The notes beneath the pieces were generated by a model. That model saw only the letters and a program-made list of their open reading frames with translations. It was not told the DNA's origin and made no database searches. Made by a program: the position numbers and the translations under genes. 64,000 nucleotides of DNA, from sequence record NC_061446.1. One strand, 5' to 3'. Shown piece by piece: positions 28,636 to 37,017 of the stretch (position 1 is its first letter; the number at the start of each line of letters is the position of its first letter).

Positions 28636-28971
28636 ATGAACTACGATCCAAAGAAAGATTTCCACCCGTTTCAATATCTGGGCGCACCTAAAGTCCCGCA
28701 CACAGGCTTCTTAGGTAATACAGTGAACTTGGTTGAGAACGACGTAAACATCGGCAGCGATGAATGCACGTTCGAGTTCACTGTAGCTCAGATGAACGCG
28801 ATGGACAGAGGTACTGTTACGTTCAGGGCGAAAGACTCTGGCGGTGGTATCGACATTAAGAAATGCTCAGTCTCAGGTTTGAAAATGGTAATTAAGCTGG
28901 ACAGAAGGGTGATCGAGTTCGGCAAAGTTCAAGTCGAATGGCAGACTACTCCTCGCCACTACTATTACTGA
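28636..28971 (+). CDS. hypothetical protein
   Basis: AGGAG RBS before ATG 28636. Confidence 0.7.
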   Translation: MNYDPKKDFHPFQYLGAPKVPHTGFLGNTVNLVENDVNIGSDECTFEFTVAQMNAMDRGTVTFRAKDSGGGIDIKKCSVSGLKMVIKLDRRVIEFGKVQVEWQTTPRHYYY

Positions 28972-28980
28972 ATCTGTAAA
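28971..28980 (+). promoter_or_regulatory. AATCTGTAAA motif upstream of the ParB-like/MTase pair
   Basis: 34 nt before ATG 29015. Confidence 0.6.
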
Positions 28981-29014
28981 GACAGAGAAAGAGCAACCGA
29001 TAAGAGATACGACA

Positions 29015-29725
29015 ATGGCAAAAACTGCTATCAAAACAAAGGACGGAAAGAAGAAAAAGAATGATGGGCTAAAGTTCGAGTTGAATAAACTCAGCTCCGT
29101 CAATCAATTAAAAGGCGCAGCGTATAACCCGCGTTTCATTACAGACAGTCGCCTGAAAGCACTCGAAGGTTCTTTGGGTAGCTTCGGCGACTTGTCTGGT
29201 ATCGTGTTCAACAACAACATCAAATCTGGTGTGTTGATCTCAGGCCACCAGCGCTTGAAGTCAATCGAAGGCTGGAAGACTCGTATCGAGGTCCAGAAGT
29301 CTGTTGATAAGCACGGCACTATCGGCCTGGGTTATATTCACGCAACGCATCCGAAGAAGTCTGATAAGGTGATCAGCATTCCTCTGCGTATCGTGAACTG
29401 GACCGATAAGAAAGCAGAGTACGCTGCAAACATCGCGGCGAACGCCCACGGAGGTGAGTTCGATAACAAGAAACTCGCCAAGCTGGTTGAGCAACTCGAC
29501 CTCAACACAATCAAGCCGCAGTTGCTTGGCCTTGACCCGTTAGAGATTCGCGGTCTGCAAGCCAAGCTGAAAGTTCAGGCTGTTGTTCAGGACGAGAAAC
29601 GTGCTGGCAAGACAACTGGCCAGATGAACGGCAGTACCGGTAAGTTCAATGAGTACAACCCTGATGATGTGGGTGAAGCTCTGAACTGCACCTGCCCGCG
29701 TTGTGGATTCAAGTTCGAGGGATAA
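29015..29725 (+). CDS. ParB/Srx-like N-terminal domain protein with C-terminal zinc knuckle
   Basis: YNPRFIT, LISGHQRLKSI, terminal CTCPRCGFKF. Confidence 0.8.
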   Translation: MAKTAIKTKDGKKKKNDGLKFELNKLSSVNQLKGAAYNPRFITDSRLKALEGSLGSFGDLSGIVFNNNIKSGVLISGHQRLKSIEGWKTRIEVQKSVDKHGTIGLGYIHATHPKKSDKVISIPLRIVNWTDKKAEYAANIAANAHGGEFDNKKLAKLVEQLDLNTIKPQLLGLDPLEIRGLQAKLKVQAVVQDEKRAGKTTGQMNGSTGKFNEYNPDDVGEALNCTCPRCGFKFEG

Positions 29726-29726
29726 T

Positions 29727-31856
29727 ATGATCATCAAGCCGCCTACGATGAAGGAAATCAACAAGCTGGATAAACCCTGGCGTGGTATGAGTTTCTTCGC
29801 AGGTTGCGGTGGGTCTTCGACCGGTCACAAGATGGCCGGTATCGACATTGTGTTGAGCAACGAGTTTGTTGACTCAGCACGAGAGTCCTACGAAGCGAAC
29901 CATCCGACAACTAAAGTGCTGCCTCATGACATTCGCCGCTTAGACCCAGGCAAGCTGTTGCGCTTCGCTGGTCTGAACAAAGGCGAACTGGATTTACTTG
30001 ACGGTAGTCCTCCTTGCTTCACCGAAGACACGATCATTCATACAGCAGACGGCATGAAGTTCATTTCGGACATGAACGTCGGCGATAGAGCAATGACCAG
30101 TGTCGGGCAGTATCATCCCGTGTACGACACGATGGTGCGACCTTACGTCGGCACGATGCACAAAATCGAAACACTGATCAGCAGCAACAAAGCAACGCCC
30201 GAGCATCCGTTCTTTATCAGACGTCCACTTGAGGCGGGTGGCTTCTCTGATCCGTTCTGGTGCGATGCGAAAGACGTGCAGGAAGGTGATCTACTCGGTA
30301 CACCTCGTGTTACACCTGACCAGCCTGCTGATGTGTACCACAATCAGATGAATCAATTGCCGAAGATGATTCGTCAGTGGGTAAGCATTCCTGAGTTCTG
30401 GTGGATGGTAGGTCACTGGTGTGATCGTGGTTCAATCGAAACTATCGGTGGCATTGAAGCAGTTAGCTTCGAGTCGCATACCAGTATTGAAAACGCGATG
30501 ATTGAGCAGGCGTTTGACGCGCTTAAACTCAGCAGCCTGAATCGCATCGAAACAATGACAGCGCAACGTAGAACGTTCCGTACTGTTATTGATGTTGAGC
30601 TGGTGCAGTTTCTGCGCCGCTTTATCAGTCACGGCAACAACACGTTCTCTCGTCGTCTGCCTGCCATGTTGTTCCACATCAACGCGGAACTGAAACAGCA
30701 ATTCATTCTGGGCTGTGCTGGCATGGATTATGTGACTGCTATGGGCACGGGCATTGCTATCACTTCTGCAAGCAGGCGCTTCCTGCTTGAACTGAATTAC
30801 CTGTGCTGCTCTGCATTCAATCGTCCTTTGTTTGACGGATTGACTTGGGGCGACCTGTATTTCGGTAGTTCGTTAACGCCTCGTGAACGTAACAGTGCGC
30901 GTGAGCATATCGGCTACCTGTTCTTGCAGGACGAGCACAACTTCTTCCATGAGTTCAGCAAAGAAGACTCGCATCTCTGGACAGAAGTGATTGAGAACCT
31001 AGCGTATCAAGCAACCTGTGACGTCTATAACTTCTCTGTTGAAGTGGACGAGACGTATGTGGCGAACGGTGTTGTTGTTCACAACTGCAAAGGCTTCTCT
31101 ACTGCTGGCGTGAAAGAAGAAGGCTGGGGCAAAGAAGTTAAGTACAGCGATAACAAGTATCAGCAGGTTGATGACCTGTTCGATCAGTATTGTCGTATGT
31201 TGAAAGGCATGATGCCGAAAGTGTTCACTGCGGAAAACGTTAGCGGTCTTGTTAAGGGTGCCTCGAAAGGTTACTTCCTTGAGATCATGCGAACGTTTGA
31301 CGAGATTGGCTATTACGTCCGAGCGCCGCTGCTTAATGCTGCATGGCTTGGTGTGCCTCAGTCCCGTGAACGTATCATCTTTATGGGTGTACGCAAAGAC
31401 GTAGCACACGCTCTCGGTTATAAGAGCAATCAGGCTGCTGTGCCTGACGTAGTGCCATGCGATACAATGGCCTTCCTTGCAGACGCACTGCCTCACATTC
31501 AGCGATATAAGTCCACGAAGAAGGATATCATCACGTATCTTCCTGCGATGAACGGACCGATGCCGACAATCACTGCGGCTGATGCTATAGCGTATGAGAC
31601 GGCGCGATTCTCGTCTGCTGGGTTCGTTGAAGACAACAAAGGTCATCGTCGTAAGTTAACCATCGACGAACTGAAAGTTGTTTCCGGCCTGCCGTCAGAC
31701 TATAAGCTGAAAGGCAAGTTTGAAGAACAGTGGGAGCGCCTAGGTCGTATCTGTGTTCCGGCAATGACACAGGCTGCATCGAAAGCTCTTATCGAACATG
31801 TCCTGCTGCCTTATGCTAAGAAGCGTAAGAAGAAGCCTGGCGAAATCTTTAAGTAA
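29727..31856 (+). CDS. C5 cytosine DNA methyltransferase-family enzyme with intein; predicted carboxymethyltransferase
   Basis: Motif I FFAGCGG, IV GSPP/CKGFS (split by intein), VI ENV, VIII QSRER, X LGRICVP (Arg at 31746-31748 instead of Asn). Confidence 0.85.
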   Translation: MIIKPPTMKEINKLDKPWRGMSFFAGCGGSSTGHKMAGIDIVLSNEFVDSARESYEANHPTTKVLPHDIRRLDPGKLLRFAGLNKGELDLLDGSPPCFTEDTIIHTADGMKFISDMNVGDRAMTSVGQYHPVYDTMVRPYVGTMHKIETLISSNKATPEHPFFIRRPLEAGGFSDPFWCDAKDVQEGDLLGTPRVTPDQPADVYHNQMNQLPKMIRQWVSIPEFWWMVGHWCDRGSIETIGGIEAVSFESHTSIENAMIEQAFDALKLSSLNRIETMTAQRRTFRTVIDVELVQFLRRFISHGNNTFSRRLPAMLFHINAELKQQFILGCAGMDYVTAMGTGIAITSASRRFLLELNYLCCSAFNRPLFDGLTWGDLYFGSSLTPRERNSAREHIGYLFLQDEHNFFHEFSKEDSHLWTEVIENLAYQATCDVYNFSVEVDETYVANGVVVHNCKGFSTAGVKEEGWGKEVKYSDNKYQQVDDLFDQYCRMLKGMMPKVFTAENVSGLVKGASKGYFLEIMRTFDEIGYYVRAPLLNAAWLGVPQSRERIIFMGVRKDVAHALGYKSNQAAVPDVVPCDTMAFLADALPHIQRYKSTKKDIITYLPAMNGPMPTITAADAIAYETARFSSAGFVEDNKGHRRKLTIDELKVVSGLPSDYKLKGKFEEQWERLGRICVPAMTQAASKALIEHVLLPYAKKRKKKPGEIFK
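30015..31085 (+). mobile_element. intein (357 aa) at the MTase catalytic PC motif; degenerate LAGLIDADG remnants
   Basis: Starts CFTEDT, block B ATPEHP, ends YNFSVE...VVHN; +1 residue is the catalytic Cys. Confidence 0.93.
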
Positions 31857-31864
31857 GGACGTCT

Positions 31865-31969
31865 ATGTTCTACGTGGGATTGGGTCTGGGTATCGTGATT
31901 GGAATCATCCTCACGCTATTCTGTCTGTGGTTTTTCTTCCTGAAGGGCTTCGCGGTATTCAAGCCGTGA
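31865..31969 (+). CDS. 34-aa single-TM membrane peptide (not in ORF track)
   Basis: AAGGA RBS; MFYVGLGLGIVIGIILTLFCLWFFFLKGFAVFKP. Confidence 0.6.
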   Translation: MFYVGLGLGIVIGIILTLFCLWFFFLKGFAVFKP

Positions 31970-32002
31970 TCAATTAGGACAAGGACGTCCAGGAGAATTG
32001 AA

Positions 32003-32569
32003 ATGTCTTATTGTTTAGTTCGTGCAATGATGATTGCTCATGTGCAGGACGGACAACTGGTTTGTTCTAAGTACAAGATCAAACTTAGTGCAAGTAACTC
32101 CACGCAACTGCATAACTTCATGCACCGCATCTTCTTTGAATACAACGGTCGTATTCTGCTAGAAGATGAACAGGACCGCGACGCGCTGCCTACACTTAAC
32201 TATCGCAAGCAGGCCAAAGTGCTTGAGGGTAATGGTAGCGTGTTCAGCCGCATCACTCAACTCGGTCAGAAGCACGGCATCACTTGTCATCTGGTTAACG
32301 CGTTTAAGTCGCGTCTGGACGAACTGGCTTACATGTTCTATCTGGTGCAGCCTACAGGCGTTGCGTGTCAGGTACTCGATACCGACAAAGAAGAACTCTG
32401 GGGCAAGACGCTGCTGGTGGGCGCTGACTCTGACGTTGACTATGTAGGGCGCAACGTTGTGCCAATCTTCTGCGATGAAAACTACAACGTTGACGACGCG
32501 GTGCTGGGCAACAACCTATTCACACTGTACGACGATACCACCAAGCTGATGGTGATGGTCGGCAAATAA
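32003..32569 (+). CDS. hypothetical protein
   Basis: AGGAG RBS. Confidence 0.75.
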   Translation: MSYCLVRAMMIAHVQDGQLVCSKYKIKLSASNSTQLHNFMHRIFFEYNGRILLEDEQDRDALPTLNYRKQAKVLEGNGSVFSRITQLGQKHGITCHLVNAFKSRLDELAYMFYLVQPTGVACQVLDTDKEELWGKTLLVGADSDVDYVGRNVVPIFCDENYNVDDAVLGNNLFTLYDDTTKLMVMVGK

Positions 32570-32570
32570 A

Positions 32571-32753
32571 ATGATACGCTACCCGATAATATTCCTCGCT
32601 ACATGGATGCTGGTAGCGTACTCATTATCGACACTGGATGTTTCGCCTGAGTGGTGTGAAAGAATAGGCATGGTATCTGCCGCTATCATCACTCACATCG
32701 AAATCAAATGGCAGCGCTTTATACGAGAGCATTGTCAATATCCCGCCGAGTAA
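32571..32753 (+). CDS. small membrane protein
   Basis: Two short hydrophobic segments. Confidence 0.55.
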   Translation: MIRYPIIFLATWMLVAYSLSTLDVSPEWCERIGMVSAAIITHIEIKWQRFIREHCQYPAE

Positions 32754-32812
32754 TCGGCATATCGGTGTGTGGCACAAACGTGACTGCACCCTCTACCTAA
32801 AAGGTATGTACT

Positions 32813-33736
32813 ATGTCTAAGAAACACACTTCTTATACCAGCGCTTTCGCAATCGGTGAAATGGCTGTTCTGTCTCTTGATCGTTTCGGCCAAAACAAAG
32901 TGCCGTATGGCGTTGTTGAAGGCTGCATGATCTACGGCGACCAGCGCATGTATCGCGTGTCGCTGTTCGTGAACGATGGTCCTGCAAACAACCCGTCAGC
33001 GTTTCTGCATCAAGGTCGCCCAGTCGATGGCTTCCTTGCAGACGATCTGAAAGTCATTACCGACTATCAGTACGCAGACCACATTGGACATGTCGGCCGC
33101 TTCGAAGATCCGAAGCACGAAGTGATTGGCGACTCTAAGTTCAAAGTCGGCCAGCTGGTGGAGGTCGATGTTGACCTCGAACGCGAAGGCGAGTACGACA
33201 AGTTCAACATCCCGGTGATGATTACGGGTGTGCGATACGAAGAAGGCAAAATTCTGTATGACGTAAGCATTCAACGTGCGTACTATGAAGATGGTCGTAT
33301 CAATGGCGGTCGTTTGGTGCGTGACACTTTGACCAATATTGATAGCGTCTTTATCAAACCTGTTGGCGGTTGGCCTGAGACTGTTGTGACTCTCGAAGGC
33401 GATAACGGTCAGTCTGTTGTTGTGAAAGGCGGTAGTGTCACAATCAATAGTCCTAAGATCACGCTGGGCGGCGAAGAACTAAATGTTCTCACGGCAGATA
33501 CAGCGCCTGAGGAAGAAAAAGTTCTGCTCCTTAATGATCTGTTTGACGCTGCGTATGAGGCACATCTCAATGGTGTGTCTTGCGGTGAAAACAACAAGGA
33601 GGCGGCGCGTAACTTCCTTGCTCAGTATATCCGAGAGCAGGATAAGCGTCTGGAGAAGTTCCGTGCTGTCGGTTCTGCGACTGGTCGCATCTCAGGCCGC
33701 ACAGAAAACATGAGCGCTAAACCTCGATCAGAGTAA
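32813..33736 (+). CDS. hypothetical protein with two SH3-like beta modules
   Basis: Internally repeated FAIGE / FKVGQ ... YRV / YDV units; followed by a terminator. Confidence 0.7.
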   Translation: MSKKHTSYTSAFAIGEMAVLSLDRFGQNKVPYGVVEGCMIYGDQRMYRVSLFVNDGPANNPSAFLHQGRPVDGFLADDLKVITDYQYADHIGHVGRFEDPKHEVIGDSKFKVGQLVEVDVDLEREGEYDKFNIPVMITGVRYEEGKILYDVSIQRAYYEDGRINGGRLVRDTLTNIDSVFIKPVGGWPETVVTLEGDNGQSVVVKGGSVTINSPKITLGGEELNVLTADTAPEEEKVLLLNDLFDAAYEAHLNGVSCGENNKEAARNFLAQYIREQDKRLEKFRAVGSATGRISGRTENMSAKPRSE

Positions 33737-33742
33737 CTAATG

Positions 33743-33767
33743 TGGGTGGCTTCGGCCGCCCATTTTT
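33743..33767 (+). terminator. rho-independent terminator
   Basis: TGGGTGGC-TTCG-GCCGCCCA-TTTTT. Confidence 0.85.
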
Positions 33768-33775
33768 GTATCTAT

Positions 33776-33785
33776 AATCTGTAAA
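33776..33785 (+). promoter_or_regulatory. AATCTGTAAA motif
   Basis: Right after the terminator, 19 nt before ATG 33805. Confidence 0.6.
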
Positions 33786-33804
33786 TATCAGACAGGAGGG
33801 TAAC

Positions 33805-34149
33805 ATGGATAAAGATAAACTTAGTGTCAGAGAGTTGACCGACTACGTTGCCAAACGCGTTAACGAAAATGCCAGTGCGACTCTGACTGACATTGATGAA
33901 GATGCGTGGCGTAGTCATGCGCGTGATGTAGTTGAGGGTGTCATGCGTTCATGTGCCGAGCGTCCAGAAATGGGTGTTCGTGTTGTGTGTGATGACTCAA
34001 ACAATCCTCAATACAACATCGACAATAACATTCTGTCCATTGATGTGATTATCAATGACCCGACAGTCCTTCGTAAACTTCGCATAGGAAATGACAATGC
34101 TAAAACGTCTGTTTGCGTTCTTGTTCAGAAAGAAGAAAAAGACCTTTGA
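33805..34149 (+). CDS. small protein resembling the tail-sheath C-terminal segment
   Basis: AGGAGG RBS; VVCDDSNNPQYNIDNNILSIDVII. Confidence 0.6.
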   Translation: MDKDKLSVRELTDYVAKRVNENASATLTDIDEDAWRSHARDVVEGVMRSCAERPEMGVRVVCDDSNNPQYNIDNNILSIDVIINDPTVLRKLRIGNDNAKTSVCVLVQKEEKDL

Positions 34150-34585
34150 AGAAAAACTGACTGTTCTGGCGGAAGGCAGAGCCGCTGATCCAGAAACCAC
34201 ACGACGTCTGGACGATGCGCTTAGACGTAGACCTTCAGGGAGTCCTGGATATCAGCCTGATCCCTTTGGACACAAAGTTGCACCTCCCCCGAAGAAACGC
34301 TATCAGACTACGCCGACGCCTATGCCTGAGCGCAAGAACTTCAATGGTCAGCCTCGTCGTGGCATGACAGTCAATCAAGCGTCTTCCAATCGCGCTCAGA
34401 CAGACGATTTAATTCTGGCTGTGATGATGCAGCAGACCTACGTTGCACCAACACCAATTCGTTCGCACGATGATAGCTGTCGCGTAGATCATACACCAAG
34501 CTACCGTCATAGCGACCCTGACCCAAGCCCATCCTGTGATGGCGGTTCTGATTCTGGTTACAGTGGAGGTAGTGGTTGTGATTAA
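34091..34585 (+). CDS. Pro/Ser/Gly-rich low-complexity protein
   Basis: Ends SCDGGSDSGYSGGSGCD. Confidence 0.65.
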   Translation: MTMLKRLFAFLFRKKKKTFEEKLTVLAEGRAADPETTRRLDDALRRRPSGSPGYQPDPFGHKVAPPPKKRYQTTPTPMPERKNFNGQPRRGMTVNQASSNRAQTDDLILAVMMQQTYVAPTPIRSHDDSCRVDHTPSYRHSDPDPSPSCDGGSDSGYSGGSGCD

Positions 34586-34919
34586 ACGTCTAATGAACTG
34601 GATAGGCTTGATGCTTATCTCAGATGCAAACAAGCGTAAGCTCCGTCAGCACGAAGCAATGATGCGAGCATGTACCGATGTGTATGACTGGTGCGGCGCT
34701 GACTTGCCTCAGACGGCCGAAGCTGTCGAGTACGTCCGAACACGCGCTCTAGGTTATGAGAACCGATTGAACATCCACAACGGTAAAATCATGACGCCAT
34801 ACGAAGCGCATACAGGCATCAGCAACTGGCGTGACGCTATGCGCCGTAAGTATCTGCACAGCGAAGTGAACTTTGATGGCCAGACGTTCACAGCACCAAA
34901 GAACGAATCTGTAAACTAA
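34536..34919 (+). CDS. hypothetical protein (start uncertain)
   Basis: In-operon ORF. Confidence 0.55.
   Translation: MMAVLILVTVEVVVVIKRLMNWIGLMLISDANKRKLRQHEAMMRACTDVYDWCGADLPQTAEAVEYVRTRALGYENRLNIHNGKIMTPYEAHTGISNWRDAMRRKYLHSEVNFDGQTFTAPKNESVN
34906..34915 (+). promoter_or_regulatory. AATCTGTAAA motif
   Basis: At gene end, 33 nt before ATG 34949. Confidence 0.55.
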
Positions 34920-34948
34920 GAACACGATCAACATATACCGAGAAAAAT

Positions 34949-35413
34949 ATGGAACGTAACTCAGACGAAAAGATTGTGGTACTGGATGCAGATGTGTATC
35001 GCACTCTTGTACAATACGCAGAATGCGGTGAACGCGACTGCGGGCCTAACTTCTTTGGAAAATCCGTGAAAGAACTCGAAAAACACGCACGGCACTTTAA
35101 TCCACATCTACGAGCACCGTTTGAGCAGATGTTGACTAACGAGCGCCTGGGTAAAGCCGAACGTCGTCGGCTGGTGAAGAAAGCACGTCGCCTTAGTTCA
35201 CAGCGCGAGCCTGTACGCTTCCTCGTTGACCACCAGCACAAGGTAATCTATCCGATTATCATTACTGGTGTGTCGTCTGACAATCAACTGCGTTTGAAGT
35301 ATCACGCACTGTCTGACGGCTGGGACTCTGCTGCTATGGTTGATCGCATCTTCGAAACACCAGAAGAACTGCCGCAGTCTTATCGTATGCTCAGGGAAGG
35401 GGAGAACGTCTAA
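34949..35413 (+). CDS. hypothetical protein
   Basis: 154-aa ORF coupled to the ASCH gene. Confidence 0.7.
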   Translation: MERNSDEKIVVLDADVYRTLVQYAECGERDCGPNFFGKSVKELEKHARHFNPHLRAPFEQMLTNERLGKAERRRLVKKARRLSSQREPVRFLVDHQHKVIYPIIITGVSSDNQLRLKYHALSDGWDSAAMVDRIFETPEELPQSYRMLREGENV

Positions 35414-35814
35414 TGAAAGCTCTATCCATTCGTCAACCCTGGGCGTGGTTGATTACCAAAGGCTACAAGAAGATTGAGAACCGCACGTGGGACACAAAGA
35501 AACGCGGACGCTTTCTCATTCATGCAAGTTCGAAACGTCCTAGCGACGACGACATGCGTGTAGCCAAAGAGATCTGCGACGGCCTGAACATCAAGCTGCC
35601 TGAGAAGCATGAGTTCGAGCTGGGTGCTATTGTGGGCTATGCCACTCTGTGTGGTACGACAACGCAATCTGACGACCCGTTCTTCTTCGGCCCTGTTGGT
35701 CTGCAACTGAAAGATTGTCGCGCCACCGAGCCTGTTCGTTGCAAAGGCGCTCTCAGCTTCTTTAACACACCGTACTGTGTCGTAGGCGGTAAAGTGATTC
35801 AGTCGCCACGATGA
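35413..35814 (+). CDS. ASCH domain protein
   Basis: MKALSIRQPWAWLI..G.KKIENRTW. Confidence 0.88.
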   Translation: MKALSIRQPWAWLITKGYKKIENRTWDTKKRGRFLIHASSKRPSDDDMRVAKEICDGLNIKLPEKHEFELGAIVGYATLCGTTTQSDDPFFFGPVGLQLKDCRATEPVRCKGALSFFNTPYCVVGGKVIQSPR

Positions 35815-36026
35815 GGCCCATACTGGTTGTTCATGGAGGCAAAGTTCTGCCTGCTCAACTGGTAAATGAAGATCGTAAAGACGTGTACTTTGTTCGGCAC
35901 ATGACGATCAGAGGACAAAACGTGTACGTCGCAGGATTGGCACCAGTTGCTACTGTTGTGTTTCTCTATGGCTACTCGCCTACTGTTGATGACTATGAAG
36001 TTGTAAAACAGATGCGAGGCAAGTAA
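35811..36026 (+). CDS. hypothetical protein
   Basis: ATGA-coupled; followed by a terminator. Confidence 0.6.
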   Translation: MRPILVVHGGKVLPAQLVNEDRKDVYFVRHMTIRGQNVYVAGLAPVATVVFLYGYSPTVDDYEVVKQMRGK

Positions 36027-36029
36027 ATC

Positions 36030-36055
36030 AAGGGTGGCCTGACGGCTGCCCTTTT
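36030..36055 (+). terminator. rho-independent terminator
   Basis: AAGGGTGGCC-TGAC-GGCTGCCCTTTT. Confidence 0.8.
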
Positions 36056-36072
36056 CGCGTTTAAGGAGCGTT

Positions 36073-36477
36073 ATGTTACCGTTTGCACCTAAGACCCGCG
36101 TAGTCAGTATGCGCAACGGCAATAAGGACTACGATGTTCGTATTGACCGTGAGACGAAGTGGGGCAACAAGTTCTATATGACCAAAGAGACCGTGGCCGA
36201 ACGTGATCGTGTGTGCGATGAACATGAGATAGACCTGTGGTTAAAAATCTACAGTGGTGAGATACGCATAGGTCATTTGCTTGAGCTTTATGGCAAGAGA
36301 CTTGGCTGCTGGTGTAGTCCAAAGCGCTGTCACGGAGACGCGTTAGCTAGAGCGGCTGAATGGGCGTACAATGCAAACTGTAAATGGGAACGTATAAAAG
36401 CCACTTACAGGAAGCGTCGCCGTGCAGCAAACAAAGCCAATAGCAAGAAAGGTAGGAAGAAAGTTTCTCGGAAGTAG
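36073..36477 (+). CDS. DUF4326-like protein
   Basis: VRIDRETKWGNKF, GKRLGCWCSPKRCHGDAL; AAGGAG RBS. Confidence 0.82.
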   Translation: MLPFAPKTRVVSMRNGNKDYDVRIDRETKWGNKFYMTKETVAERDRVCDEHEIDLWLKIYSGEIRIGHLLELYGKRLGCWCSPKRCHGDALARAAEWAYNANCKWERIKATYRKRRRAANKANSKKGRKKVSRK

Positions 36478-36484
36478 CCCGTCG

Positions 36485-36976
36485 ATGAAGGCTATGAATT
36501 GGGAAGTGTACATCAGTGCATTCAGCGGCAGAGCTTACGGCCAGTTCGCTGTTGCATGGGGTGCTTCTCACATGGTGATTCATACGCTCGATGTTACCGA
36601 GTGTGTGCGCAATAACTGCGACCAGTTATACATCGACAAACTGGACAAGATCATTGAGTGCCTAAATGCGTTCAATGGTCTGCTTGGTACGACCAACATA
36701 GGTCATTGTCGTGAGTGGCTGAATCCTATTGAGACAGGTGCTACAGGCAGTGTGGCATTCTGTCACTACGTCACGGACAAAGAGGCCAACATCTATTTCG
36801 AGCTGGCGTCCTGCACCGAGAAGATTCGCTTCTACCCAGCACCGGCAGGCAAGCATAAGCTGCGTAATCTGAAAACCAGCCTTGTTCGTTTAGAACAGGA
36901 GCTGGTCAAACACAGACAGGCTATGCTTGATACCATGAGTGTGGTCAACGAAACACGCGCTATGCTAAATCTGTAA
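36485..36976 (+). CDS. hypothetical protein
   Basis: In-frame ATG 36485. Confidence 0.6.
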   Translation: MKAMNWEVYISAFSGRAYGQFAVAWGASHMVIHTLDVTECVRNNCDQLYIDKLDKIIECLNAFNGLLGTTNIGHCREWLNPIETGATGSVAFCHYVTDKEANIYFELASCTEKIRFYPAPAGKHKLRNLKTSLVRLEQELVKHRQAMLDTMSVVNETRAMLNL

Positions 36977-36977
36977 A
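36968..36977 (+). promoter_or_regulatory. AATCTGTAAA motif
   Basis: Overlaps a stop codon, 40 nt before ATG 37018. Confidence 0.6.
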
Positions 36978-37017
36978 TATAGCGTATACCACATATACCT
37001 AGAATAAGGAACTTGGC

